Of a DNA stretch of 64,000 bases, positions 54,201 through 64,000 are shown in pieces. The notes beneath the pieces are model-generated. The model saw nothing but the letters and a program-made list of their open reading frames with translations, was not told the origin of the DNA and did not search any database. The stretch comes from Phoronis australis (taxonomy: Eukaryota > Animalia > Phoronida). A program made the translations under genes and the position numbers. Each line of letters opens with the position of its first letter. The first letter of the stretch is position 1. Location: the NCBI GenBank assembly GCA_002633005.1, contig NMRA01000521.1:69446-133445 (forward strand). The letters are read 5' to 3'.

Positions 54201-55323
54201 TGACTGAATCGTTGGTACATGGGCTGCACAGCACTGAAAAATGTGGGAGTATACCCCTTCCCCCAGCCCCCTATGTTGCGCTACGCACGTGGTACAGTAA
54301 TTTTTAACTCTGCCAAAATCCGTTAAACCTAAGTGCATGATATACATGTACGTCTTACTAGAACTATTTAGCAGTTTGGTCAAACACTTGTCGAAATTTG
54401 GTAGTTCTTTTAGACGAAAAACATTCATGCATGCGTTGCTATTCACTGAGTCATCGTTGTCTTGTATAATTCGAACACTATCGTATTTAGTTACACAAGG
54501 CTTCTTCGCAGTGGCTAGCAATCATAGTATTTGGTACTGAAAAGAGAAACATAACGATACATGTGTATGTGTTACCGAAAACAGTGATGAACAATGAGCT
54601 GAGGTGTACGGGGATTTCCGAAGGGTAAGCCAATGTGCCAAAACTTTCAGGCGTCTTAGTAACACCAAAAAGACAACCGTGCGTTTATTCGGGGAAGTCT
54701 GATGTGTAAACGAAAAGTCATATTTTCTTATTTTTACTGAAAACAGGTTTTTTTTTAATTTTTTGTTAGTTCGTCAACACTTTGTTCGTTTTCACGAAAG
54801 ATAAATGCGCCACAAAATTAAACTTATAACTAAAAGTTGACTCTGAATGAGCTTTTAAGAGGAAGTTTTCCAGATGAGCCCTCCACTTTCTGGACACTTG
54901 ATACCTGAAGTTGTAACCATCGAATAAAAGCTTATCGGCGTTTATTTGTCATAATTTTTCGAATAAACGCCCATGGGCGTTTCATCGGGTGGAGTTATCC
55001 ACGTAAAAAAGGTTTCGTTTTAAACCTGACAAGTTATCCTTGCATATGTATTTAAGTGTGACTGGGGATACGACATGAAGGAGCCTATGCAAGACATTAG
55101 AGCTGGAACAACAAGGTCTGTGGCCCATGGAGAGAAATACAAGAGATATCGACAAGTGGCCATGTCTTTCCCTAGGTTCGGGGAGGGAGTTGAAGATATC
55201 GATCAGCTGGGACATGAATTGATGAAGATGGTCTACGACGAAGTGAGAAACGTTGTAAACTGCGCACCAGTCAAGGTAACTCTCACCGAGTCCCGTTTAG
55301 ATCAGTACTAGCTGTATGGATAA

Positions 55324-55388
<65 letters not shown>

Positions 55389-57123
55389 TTCATAATCGAT
55401 AAAGTCTAGGAAGTCTGATGCAAAAATACACAGAAACATAGATGGCAAAATCACAAACGCAAGACACTATGTACATGAATGTGCGATGCGCAGCCGTAGG
55501 CAACGTTTATAACGGGAACAGTGGGTGCGGAATTGTTGTTTGCTAACAATTTGCATTGCTTTCCACTAATCAAATTAAATAAGAACCATTTTCGAGAGTC
55601 GGACGCGAACTAATTTTGGTCGATTACGTGAGCCGACCTGTCGCGCGGTTGGTGCCTTCACACTTGTTGCACCTCTTGGCTAAGGGCATGAACCTGCACC
55701 CTCTTTTGTTACAGACTCGAATGGAAAAACTGCGGCAAGAGTTCAACCTGTCTGGCTTCATCTTCACCCCTGGTACTGGTACGTTCGAAGGTTACGTAGG
55801 TGCAGGTTTGGACAACGGCGCGTCAGCTGATGGACGTCGAAGTGGTCAGCCGATTTGTTCAGATTTCAGTCCAAGCCCTAATCCACAAGACCTTGCGGCA
55901 GCTCCCATCTCGAGATATATATACAAGTAGGTAAAACCTTCTGACTATTGGCCCGTTACTTTTTGTTCATTTGTTGGTGCCACATGCATTGTAGTCAGTG
56001 TGACGCATATTTCAAATGACTCGCAATAGATAAAAGGAATAGTGCAACTGTCCTTATACGAAATCTTCCGAAAGAAGTGAACGGCTCGAGAGGGCAATGG
56101 CAAACTTCTGCGAGCATGAACAATATGCGGTTGCAAGGTTGGTCTGTCCGCGCGCAAAGTGATATATATCCGCAAAAGGTGAAAACTGGTTCGGGAGGCG
56201 AAATATGGGTCCTCACCGATGGAACATCGTGTTCTCCTAAAAATGTACCAAAAAGAATTAGAAATGTTTGAATCTGATTATTCTGCTGTTTTTTCCTCGA
56301 TTTTGGCAATACATAAAGGAAGCCTCGTCATCTAACCAACTGCGGAAGGTGTTAAACTGCTTATACATGTACATGGCTTTGCAGTGGCTTAAAAAGCTGG
56401 AACACTGAAGTGATCAACAGAGGATTCAGCAACGGCGCTCCAGTGGATCTGAACATAACAGAAAGAACCTCTCAAAATTTCCTGGAGACGTTCATAAAGG
56501 ACTTTGCTAATGAAAGAAATGGGATTGGTTCCAACCTGCTCACTCGTAAGTGGGTTGACACTTAAATAGGCCAGAGGCTTTCGCACTGTTCTCTCCTCAA
56601 TTATTTTCGGTCCAAAATGATTTACAACAGCTAATCTGGTAATTTCCCGAAATGGTTTTTAAAGCAAATTAGACCTTACTAATCACCGTGTGAGTTCCTA
56701 CTCTTCTCCAGTTAACAAAACATCCGAAGCCAATTGTAGTGATTTCTAGCTACGTAATTGCATTGGCATCTCACTATCTCATTATATTTTATACACTATC
56801 AGAATGCTAACTCACACCCGCCTTACCTTCAGGCTTCTGAAGCTGCACTGTCTTTCATTGTTGCAGTATCCTGTCACGATCCAGATACTCTGACTGCCGC
56901 ACGTGACGACCCTGAACGCTACGAACTCGTTCGCTGCAGACAAGGTGGCTGGACAGAGTACTTCTCAATTATGTTCCCTGAGCATCAAAAGCATCACCAG
57001 AGAAGAATCTACTTCGACGGCATCAAACGGGATGTGGGCAAAAGCAGACACCTACGCACAAAGCTGCAGTACAGAGATGACGGGGAGGACGTGGAAGATG
57101 ATATAGTGGACGCACTATTCTAA
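42067..57123 (+). CDS. Multi-exon gene (>=18 coding exons) encoding a DyP-type heme peroxidase-glycyl radical enzyme (PFL-like/Gly_radical) fusion protein, >=1244 aa
   Basis: Manual splice assembly: 42067-42225, 43082-43176, 43564-43762, 44106-44247, 45503-45687, 46293-46517, 47466-47656, 48499-48742, 49156-49449, 50611-50796, 51000-51147, 51812-52110, 52498-52806, 53478-53687, 55057-55275, 55715-55926, 56385-56545, 56867-57123. All introns are GT..AG with matching phases; total 3735 nt, one open frame ending at TAA 57121-57123. DyP motifs: GRFQDGLEN, GGTYCFTQKF, MIGRK, SHIKRA, LYRQSLPYG, GVYFVAF. GRE motifs: GHVVPD, PVTFTDAVQ, LGRLDQILLPF, QVTLGG, DGCYEP, GASADGRRSGQPICSDFSP, PERYELVRCRQGGWTEYF. 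First coding exon not located. Confidence 0.88.
43082..43176 (+). CDS. Fusion gene exon B (VQQMVEYSRNLDSKQSRTRILVGVNPKLWDEW)
   Basis: ctcacag|GTG ... TG|gtaag; 95 nt, phase 0/2; homologous to 4381-4475. Confidence 0.85.
43564..43762 (+). CDS. Fusion gene exon C (FPNKDYNLEQRPESS...TDLFLYLKSD...ISYH)
   Basis: ttag|G ... CAT|gtaag; 199 nt; DLFLYLKSD resembles the DyP 'DL.l.i.s' strand; homologous to 3642-3840. Confidence 0.87.
44106..44247 (+). CDS. Fusion gene exon D with the DyP distal-Asp motif (EGRFQDGLEN)
   Basis: aacag|GTC ... TTG G|gtaag; 142 nt; matches the DyP GxxDG(xxN) motif; not captured by the ORF track. Confidence 0.87.
45503..45687 (+). CDS. Fusion gene exon E (GGTYCFTQKFQFSW...MIGRK...SHIKRAR), DyP proximal heme His
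   Basis: ttctag|GA ... AAG|gtactg; 185 nt; canonical DyP GGsY...IGR...SHI.rA pattern. Confidence 0.9.
46293..46517 (+). CDS. Fusion gene exon F (LYRQSLPYG...GVYFVAFC...DKLI...GSFWYMPS), DyP distal Arg and C-terminus
   Basis: tttaag|CTG ... AAC|gtgagt; 225 nt. Confidence 0.9.
47466..47656 (+). CDS. Fusion gene exon G, linker (PDKVPDLDLLDHWNVK...PYMFYNSTEYMHRM...QWRNR)
   Basis: ttcag|CCC ... AG|gtatgt; phase 0 start matches exon F; an alternative in-frame acceptor lies 6 nt upstream. Confidence 0.8.
48499..48742 (+). CDS. Fusion gene exon H (WYVKPVVP...ADLFRIFPDEIIVGVMP...), start of the GRE-like region
   Basis: atgcag|A ... AAG|gtacgc; 244 nt; I.PDEIIVG matches the GRE N-terminal 'I..gElIVG' motif. 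Confidence 0.85.
49156..49449 (+). CDS. Fusion gene exon I (...GHVVPDHGELVTKGIGQLIQEI...EFYNSALSSLEGV...)
   Basis: ttacag|GTT ... CAG|gtagcg; 294 nt; GRE 'GH..PDy..ll..G...i' and 'eFY.a....l.gv' patterns. Confidence 0.87.
50611..50796 (+). CDS. Fusion gene exon J (KPPVTFTDAVQLLF...LGRLDQILLPFL)
   Basis: ttgtag|GTT ... GGG|gtaag; 186 nt; GRE 'P.tF.eAlQ' and 'GRlDQyL.Pf' motifs. Confidence 0.9.
51000..51147 (+). CDS. Fusion gene exon K (DVPPQDVIDAFCLKLSER...GNFPQGG)
   Basis: gtatag|GAT ... GGA G|gttagt; 148 nt; GRE 'AqElid.f.lK' helix; absent from the + ORF track. Confidence 0.83.
51812..52110 (+). CDS. Fusion gene exon L (INQWVQQVTLGG...NDLTLMFLKA...APCFSLRL...GGAHPIIFNDD)
   Basis: gtggtag|GA ... 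CAG|gttaga; 299 nt; GRE 'qnlTlGG', 'N.lsy..L.a', 'P.l.vR' and 'G.P.f.ND' motifs. Confidence 0.9.
52498..52806 (+). CDS. Fusion gene exon M with the GRE catalytic Cys loop (ARDYACDGCYEP)
   Basis: cttag|GTT ... AAG|gtacag; 309 nt; matches the GRE 'ArdYa..GCvEp' motif. Confidence 0.9.
53478..53687 (+). CDS. Fusion gene exon N (CPSSLLSTIIKGCKETGRDLSNGGALY...GASNAIDSLYRIKKMVFD)
   Basis: ttaaag|TGG ... AAG|gtacgt; 210 nt; GRE 'P.pflS....gCie.GkD...GGA.Y' and 'G.a...DSL.aIKklVfd' motifs. Confidence 0.9.
55057..55275 (+). CDS. Fusion gene exon O (CDWGYDMKEP...FPRFGEGVEDIDQLG...)
   Basis: tttaag|TGT ... AAG|gtaact; 219 nt; GRE 'PKyGNd...vD' equivalent. Confidence 0.87.
55326..55385. repeat. (AT)n microsatellite in an intron of the fusion gene
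   Basis: Pure ATATAT run of ~60 nt. Confidence 0.95.
55715..55926 (+). CDS. Fusion gene exon P (...GASADGRRSGQPICSDFSPSP...)
   Basis: ttacag|ACT ... AA|gtaggt; 212 nt; GRE 'gAtpDGR..g.plsdg.SP' motif. Confidence 0.9.
56385..56545 (+). CDS. Fusion gene exon Q (GLKSWNTEVINRGFSNGAPVDLNI...GIGSNLLT)
   Basis: ttgcag|T ... C|gtaagt; 161 nt, phases 2/1 fit both neighbouring exons; not in the + ORF track. Confidence 0.83.
56867..57123 (+). CDS. Fusion gene terminal exon R with the glycyl-radical loop (DPDTLTAARDDPERYELVRCRQGGWTEYF...QRR)
   Basis: ttgcag|TA ... TAA; aligns with the GRE C-terminal 'd.etL.dAq.hPE.Y.dLiVRVaGYsayF..L....Q..iI.R' motif. Confidence 0.9.
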
Positions 57124-59557
57124 TCCCTTGCACGAAAAGCCGATTTCTAAGTTGAAACGGCTTTATTCTGATCTTAGATTTGTATTTTTTCTGTGTAGGA
57201 TTCCGTCGTTTACGCTTTAGGATACTTACTAGCGTTAATGTAAACTGGTTTTCTTTGCTTGAATTTTTTGGTGTGACACAGCTTTAAATTCATGTTTAAA
57301 TAATGTATGGAGTTTTCCAATTTCTACTGTGTTTTTTTCGTAGTGCAAATCTGCAAAATGCTCTCAGAAATTATTTTTCCGTGACTACCGACTGAACAAA
57401 AGTATCTCTGGTAAATGTAAGAGTTCATGTGAAAATTACCTCTCAAAGTGGTGACTGAAATCTCTTTGAATACGGGATAATTCCCATGTACGATGCACAT
57501 GTACGCTTTAAAGTTACACGGATTTAGTATTTCTAATTTACTGCTTGCCATAAATTAACATTAGTCCAGTGTTTTTTTGTTTTTTTTTAGCTTCTGAGTA
57601 TCTCGATTATTGGCTTCTTCACAAATGTTTACATCATAATTTTTTGTTACGCTATCCTAAATCTGACTAACGGTTAATTCCCCTGCAATATTCTCTAGAA
57701 TTCTACTGCGTACAAAATACACCCTCACTTGCCTGACCCAAGCGTCGATCAAACGGGAGACCTAACAAGTCATGAGGGCAAATGGAAAATTGCAGTTAGT
57801 CACTCCAAAAGCGTTACGAACTCTGATTTTTTTCTCAGGATCAGAAACTTTCGCTCAGTCACAAGTTATTCTTTCAACAGATGGTTAACGTGAAGTGATT
57901 TTTTAGGTTTTGTGACAAACGTACGTAACTTCATGTTGCCAAAATAAGTCACGATTACTGTTTAACTCGGCATTAGTGAGCACTTTACCACCAGGTCGTG
58001 ATTCGAGCGTTGCTCTTCATATGTCGCTCCCGCCGTGGTAAGATGCGTGCAGATGAAATACTCTGAGATACATGTACGCCATGCAATTTTGTTGAAAACC
58101 TGTTGTTTGCGAACCACCACACCACTCGGTTTCGACATATTTTTGCCGTGCCAAACGCCTGGTAGTTCTTTTTGCTTCCGGTAAAAGTACGATTATGAGG
58201 GAATTGTGACAGTCCGTTGTATTTCATTCATATTTATAAAGTTTTATGAACTCTTCGAAATGAAAACTTTGTCCAAGCATTTAATGGAAGATATATGTTT
58301 CATGTTTCAATTCTCTGTATGCTTGAATGCGTGCGAAGATGTAATTCAAAACGTGCAACTCAGAACCGTGAAGGACGTCTCTTTCCTATACAGTTGTGTA
58401 GAAAAATAATTTGCGAGTGACTTTGAAATGATGTGTTATTTATGCATCCTGGACACAACGATGGCCGCTTATTTCTAGAGAACTTGGAGTCCGTCAGGGT
58501 TTTATATTTTTATAAAATTAAACAGACCTGAGATCGTGATTACAAGTCAAAAAGTGAAGGATGTGAATGAGGACGAAAACAAGAAATTAAAGGGATATCA
58601 AACTCAGTTTATGGGATAATAGGAGGTGGTTAAACTCATCAAAACAGGCTTTAGTATCCCTTTAACAGCTCTATGTATGTGGGTCACAGGTGGCTTCAGT
58701 GGCAGGGCTCTGCGCCTGGTTGAATGAAACATGATAATGGTTTGATCTGAATTACGGCTTTTGATCTTGCTTTCTGAAACTTGGCCAAATGTTTTGCGCG
58801 CGTTTTTTTTAAGTGAAAAACTTAGTTTAACAACTAATGCACACAATTAAAAGTACTTGGCTGACGAACTTTTATTTCATGTCAATGTCATTGAGTTCGT
58901 ACATGGGTTTCTGTATAAATTGATCTTACTCTAATAAACAAATAAACATATTGGGGCATGAAAATCATATTCTGTTCAACCTCCAGCTTTTGGCTAGAAA
59001 GTATTTAAGTTTATACCTATGCATTCTAGACTAGGCTTTTTGACGGAAACCAAAAAAGAGAGTCGAGAAGGTAATATGCTATCTGAAATCTAATAGATTG
59101 TTGTTTTGAGAAAAGGCGTGAATTTGCGAAACATCACTGAAAGACTTCGTCAAGAGATGTTTACACACATATTAAACGCATACGCACAAACACACGCACA
59201 CACGCAAACACTCACAGTCACACACGAACCATAAACAAAATAAAACCATAAACTCCTGCCTTTGGAATGCCAGAGGTAATCGTGAAGTACTTATTACGAA
59301 TGTCAAAATGGTTTCTCATTGAAACGTTTTCAACAATAACGTTATAAAGGTATTTGACTTTACCATAATTGACTGCGGGTTTGTTTAAAAGGTACATATC
59401 GTGCTATTGTCACACTTGTGTATTTTGATACTGAAATGCGCTTCATGTGTAATTTAAAAGTATATAAATTCACGAATTCAAGTAAAATGCATTCAGTCTA
59501 TATCGTCAGTTTGCCTTATGGTGAATCACGCGCTATCACGCACTGGTAAAGGTGCTA

Positions 59558-60208
59558 CTATTGATTGATCGTGTTACCATCTTTCGCACCATTTGTAGCC
59601 GGTAAGACTTCATTTCCTATGCTATACTGCGTGTCGTTACCTGTTTGGTTCACTTTATGATAGCCGTTGGTTTCATCAGCCAACTTTCCACTTTCTGTTT
59701 TGTCTGTTATGCATGCAGTCTGAAGACTCTTGGAATAAGCTAGTTTTATTGAACTTCCAACCGGACCGCTTAATGTCTTGTTAAGGCTCTGATCTATGTG
59801 TGTAGTGATCTTACTCATCAGCGCTTCTTTGGTTTTACTTCTTTCGTCTAACATCAGTTTTAGATCGCCCATTTCGAGCAACAAAAGGTCCATATCTTTC
59901 TCAAGTCGTATTCGCCTTTTCGTGTGCTGACTATGGTTCAAGATACACAATATCAACAATGCCAATGTCATCATTAAGAGCAGTGCTATGATGATAGCTT
60001 CGGTAATGATGCTCCTTTCATCTGAAAATGTAAAAGCATACGTACTATTACTTAACAAAACATCATTTCCATGAACGTACATCCCCTGACCGTGATTTTC
60101 CATTATAGACAATAGCCCTTTTGAATGACATGTCATTTCAGTTTGTATCAAACTGCAAATTCCCAGCTCAAGATACACCTGTAATTGCATGTTCTTGTCA
60201 GCCAACAA
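59558..60208 (-). CDS. Possible single-pass membrane protein (3' part of a gene or pseudogene), function unknown
   Basis: 216-codon ORF in AT-rich DNA; hydrophobic segment IITEAIIIALLLMMTLALLILCIL followed by basic HTKRRIR; the upstream frame is broken by a stop. Confidence 0.4.
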   Translation of the reverse strand: MLADKNMQLQVYLELGICSLIQTEMTCHSKGLLSIMENHGQGMYVHGNDVLLSNSTYAFTFSDERSIITEAIIIALLLMMTLALLILCILNHSQHTKRRIRLEKDMDLLLLEMGDLKLMLDERSKTKEALMSKITTHIDQSLNKTLSGPVGSSIKLAYSKSLQTACITDKTESGKLADETNGYHKVNQTGNDTQYSIGNEVLPATNGAKDGNTINQ

Positions 60209-62739
60209 AACACGACATGTAATAAGAGGTTCTTCGGTTTATTTTTTCGGTATTCTGAAGAAAGTAATCTCTGTATATTGGTTAAATCACATTACTCTGC
60301 GATAGAAACTATAGGTTTGGTTAATATTTTAGAGGAAGAGTTTGTTACTGTTTTCAACGCGGCGTAGGATCATGCTAAAATCAGATTATCTAGAACTTAG
60401 CGAGAGACTCAAAATGTAGTGAATGTCCTATTCCGTTCATTTCTCGGAGTGCTAAATATTGGCCAGTACAAGGATACAGGTTTTGACCCAGGGCACCCGG
60501 AAAGACTGACGTCAATGCATGTATGTGCCGCCATTAGAGAGTTTCCACAGAAACAAGAACGGAGGTAGACACACGATATCTGGAACGTTTACATCGTAAT
60601 ACAACTGAAAGTTAATGAAATTCAAACAATGTTCAAACAGCTGTTAAAAGGTCATTCTTGAGACGAGGAGTGAAATTTGGAGTTTTAAATTGTGCACATG
60701 CTTTTGGTTACCTTACAAATATCATTTCTATCTGGCGTGCAAAATTGTATTCTGCATATGATGGGGTTTTGAATCTCACAGTAAACATGCACAGTACACA
60801 AAATTAATGTTCTAATTAAGAAAAAGGTTTACTTGCATTTGATCTTAATGGTACCACACAACAACCTACAAATTGTGTTATAAAGTAGAAATTTTATTGG
60901 AATTTGATCATGCAGTGTTGTACCTACCGTGAGTGACACCCGTGACGAAGACTCGTGGTGTCACCCCTCACCCACTCAGCCCCAACTTGGTTTAAGAATT
61001 TAGAAAGTCATATGGCGTGAAACACAAAATGCAAAATTTACTGTGGTTCATAATACAAATGCTGCTGGTACATGTACAAGGCTTTAAAGGCATTGTAACA
61101 CTAGACCAAGGCTCACTTGTAAGCCTCTGGACCTAGAGACATAGTGCCCGGTTGCATGAAACAGTACGGTCCCAAAAAGTGTCCCCATTAAGTTCACTAA
61201 TTCTTTTGCTATTTTTTCGTTCTTCGCTCACAGATGCAATATTGTTTCGGTTAGTTTACCTTTATTATGAGCTCTTCTTTGTCTAAATGATATTTTCTTA
61301 TAAGATAACTAAAAACTGAGACGTTTTTTTTCAATAGTACATGTAATTCAACGTAGAGTTCCCTCTCAATTTGTATGAAAGCCAAACATTGTCTTATCTG
61401 ATTCAATGAATCTCAAACAACATCAGATAGGACAGTGTTTTCCCATTCCCAAAAATACGCAGTAGATTTAGGATTCCATCAGGCTTTTTTCCCAAATAAA
61501 CGTACTGGGCGTATCTGCGGAAAATTTTCATTATGGACAGGACTCAACTTTGTTAGGCCATCGTGTGTTAAGGACTCGGTGGCGAACAATTCTAACACCA
61601 ACCCGGGAAAATGGTGTGGAATTTGATGGCCCCTACTTTATGTATTATGCTGTCCAAATGAAATTTTCAGCTGACAGTTATTTTTCTTTGGTCTTTCCAC
61701 TTCAAAGTTCCTGATTCATGCGTTTTGTAGATTGCAGTTGCTGCTTCATTTCATGCCATTCTTTTCTCACTTGAATGAATTCAGCTTCAAGGTCGAACAC
61801 TTTGCTTCCCATAACCTCCATTGTTTCATTTTTGTTTTATGATGCCAAGCAAATCCTATCTCTCGTTTGTAAACACAGCATAGCTGGGAAAGGTCACTAC
61901 TGTCGCCATTTTCAGTAGTGGGGCTGTTGGTGTTGATTTTGCATTCTCCGCCTCTGGTTTCAGACATGTTCGGCTTTCTTGGATGATTGAACTTCAGTAT
62001 CTTTCGCAGTTGAATGCTAGAGGCGATAGTTTAAAGAGGAAATTGCGTCGGAATTTTGTTCACACACGTCTCTTTTCTGTCAATAAATTGTTCGCTGTAA
62101 ACGCAACGTTCCTTCTTTGGTTTGAATCGCATTGTTTTCTTTTCCTGGTTGTGAAAGTTAAAATACACTTGGAGATCGCCTAGAGGAGATTGTGCTAAGC
62201 GGAGTCAGCGTTTTTCTTCCGCTTTCCTGGAATGCGTTGCTCGAACCACAACCGATTCCATACATGTTGCTGAATTTATTGCACATAACGTTAACTAGTC
62301 GTGTTGTAAAGTGTCTCATTCTGTTTGCAATACATTGTCCGCAGTGAAAGATATTCTGGGTTGTATGTCAGTTTACCTGAAAACTGCACCATTCACAAGA
62401 GTAACACATTACTGGTACACCTGAGTTTTCCTTACACAACACGACATTTAATTGTCCAGAATTTCCACAGAATAAGAACAAGAAAACCACGAAACCGTTT
62501 CAGGGAAGTCATAAAATAACTAAATTTTGTCGTTTGCACCAACTAGACCGGTATCCCAGAGCTTTTTGAGCCTGAAAATATATTAAGCAATTTTGTTTGG
62601 TACCACTGTGGTCGATGGGTTTCCTCATGCTTGGAAATGACCGTCTGGCAGGTTCGCTCTGGTAGTTGTGGTCAGAGGAGTCAAGAGAAGATCACTCAAA
62701 ATTTGAGCTAGATCAACTTTTCTGGTAACCACTTCAAAC

Positions 62740-63310
62740 TGCCTTCGATACCTACTACGTAATCCACGGTATCAACATTGGTCATTGCCAGACAATTTCA
62801 GTGGTGGAGAGTAGCAGCCAGACAGTTATAAACAAGGTAAAAAATTGAGCTCGATCAATCCAGGAGGTAAGCGATAGAAACCAGTTGCAAAACATTCACA
62901 ATGAGCCCTGTTATCACGAATAAACACAGCCACACAAATATAGTGGTGGGTTAGCCCCGCCAGACACGCCAAATACCTGAGTTGAGCTAGATCGAAGTAC
63001 CCACTAGCTGACCGTATGAACCAATTGTACGATGTTCAGCATCACTGCACATAGCACAACAGTAAGATGCCAGACAATTTCAGCGGTGGGGTGTGCCTGC
63101 CAGACGACTAAACAAATGACTAAAATTTGAGGTAAATCAACTCAAGAGGTAACCTCATGAAACCAGTTGCAAAATATTCTACGTAAGCCCATGCATCATG
63201 AATAAACACTGCGAGACAAGTCACGGGTTAGTCCCGCCACACTCGACCAAATGCATGTATCTGAGTTGGACCAGATTTATCCGCCAGGTAACCGTTTGAA
63301 ACCATTTGCA
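62740..63310. repeat. Diverged tandem duplication, ~281-bp period
   Basis: GCCAGACAATTTCAG(T/C)GGTGG at ~62788 and ~63069; GAAACCAGTTGCAAAA repeated. Confidence 0.7.
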
Positions 63311-64000
63311 TAATGTCGAGCAACATTCTGCATGCAAAAAAAGGTTCATTTCCGGCCGTGGGGCAGTAGCATGCAGAGATCTGGTTGATGCAGGGGTGAC
63401 TTTTTATCGATCGCCTCTCTCTCTCAACTCAAGAATATATATCCTATTCAGGCCCGTAGCCAGCACTGAGCGGGGGGGGGGGCTGGTTCGTTCAAATTAC
63501 ATGAACGGTGGACCTTAGATATTTTGCCAACGTCGACACTAAAGAATTTTCGGCAAGGCTTTTACTGCAGCTTAATTAGGTGGACGGGAAATCTGTGTAC
63601 ACAACGATGACTTTCAGTTCTATGTTCATGAGATGAGACGGAATTTGTAATACCAGAATTGACGATTCTCTGACGGTTGCTCGCATAGAACGGGACACAA
63701 ATTAGGATGTGATTTGGTCCAGAAAGAGAACGTTCTCGCATTATCTCCAACCAAAGTTTCGAATATCAGCCATGCTTAAATGACTCATCACACCTCATTC
63801 CATACTCAGACGGAAACATGAAGATTAGTCGGCGAATGACTTAATTGACAATTTTTTTCTGGCTGCTTTTAGCGTGTTATTTAAGTTGCTTACCTCGCTG
63901 GGAATTAGAACAGCCCACCATTTCGAGGGTTTGTTGAGTAGTTAGTTATGTAACTGTTAGGTGGCGCTAGTGGAGGGAGTTGGAATAAAGATGGCTTCCG

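Noticed and set aside
42067-57123. Bacterial contamination or a prokaryotic operon explanation for the DyP/GRE homology
   Set aside because: The coding sequence is split by 17 canonical spliceosomal introns containing microsatellites and is embedded among animal-type transposons.
49156-57123. Annotation as pyruvate formate-lyase (pflB)
   Set aside because: Lacks the PFL Cys-Cys pair; has a GCxEP loop typical of other GRE classes, so no gene symbol was assigned.
1-64000. tRNA/rRNA genes and a radical-SAM activase
   Set aside because: None recognisable by eye; short, intron-split exons of an activase could have been missed.

Overview
Eukaryotic, intron-rich, AT-rich, repeat-laden DNA that looks like a marine invertebrate genome. 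The host guess is inference from the repeat families (Kolobok, Ty3/Gypsy, HINE-like elements, GC-rich MITEs) and frequent TACATGTA. Most ORF-track entries are spurious or are pieces of exons. The main result is a + strand spliceosomal gene, assembled by hand from at least 18 coding exons (42067-57123). Every junction is GT-AG and phase-compatible, giving 3735 nt (1244 aa plus an unlocated first exon). The protein joins an intact DyP-type heme peroxidase domain (RFQDGLEN / SHIKRA / LYRQSLPYG), a W/Y-rich linker and a complete glycyl radical enzyme (GRE) domain (Cys loop DYACDGCYEP; Gly loop LVRCRQGGWTEYF). No radical-SAM activase is visible in the window. A second, divergently oriented paralog (six DyP exons of identical length and phase, 5376->608, - strand) runs off the left edge. 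The ~36.7 kb between the two copies is filled with transposon remnants and tandem repeats.
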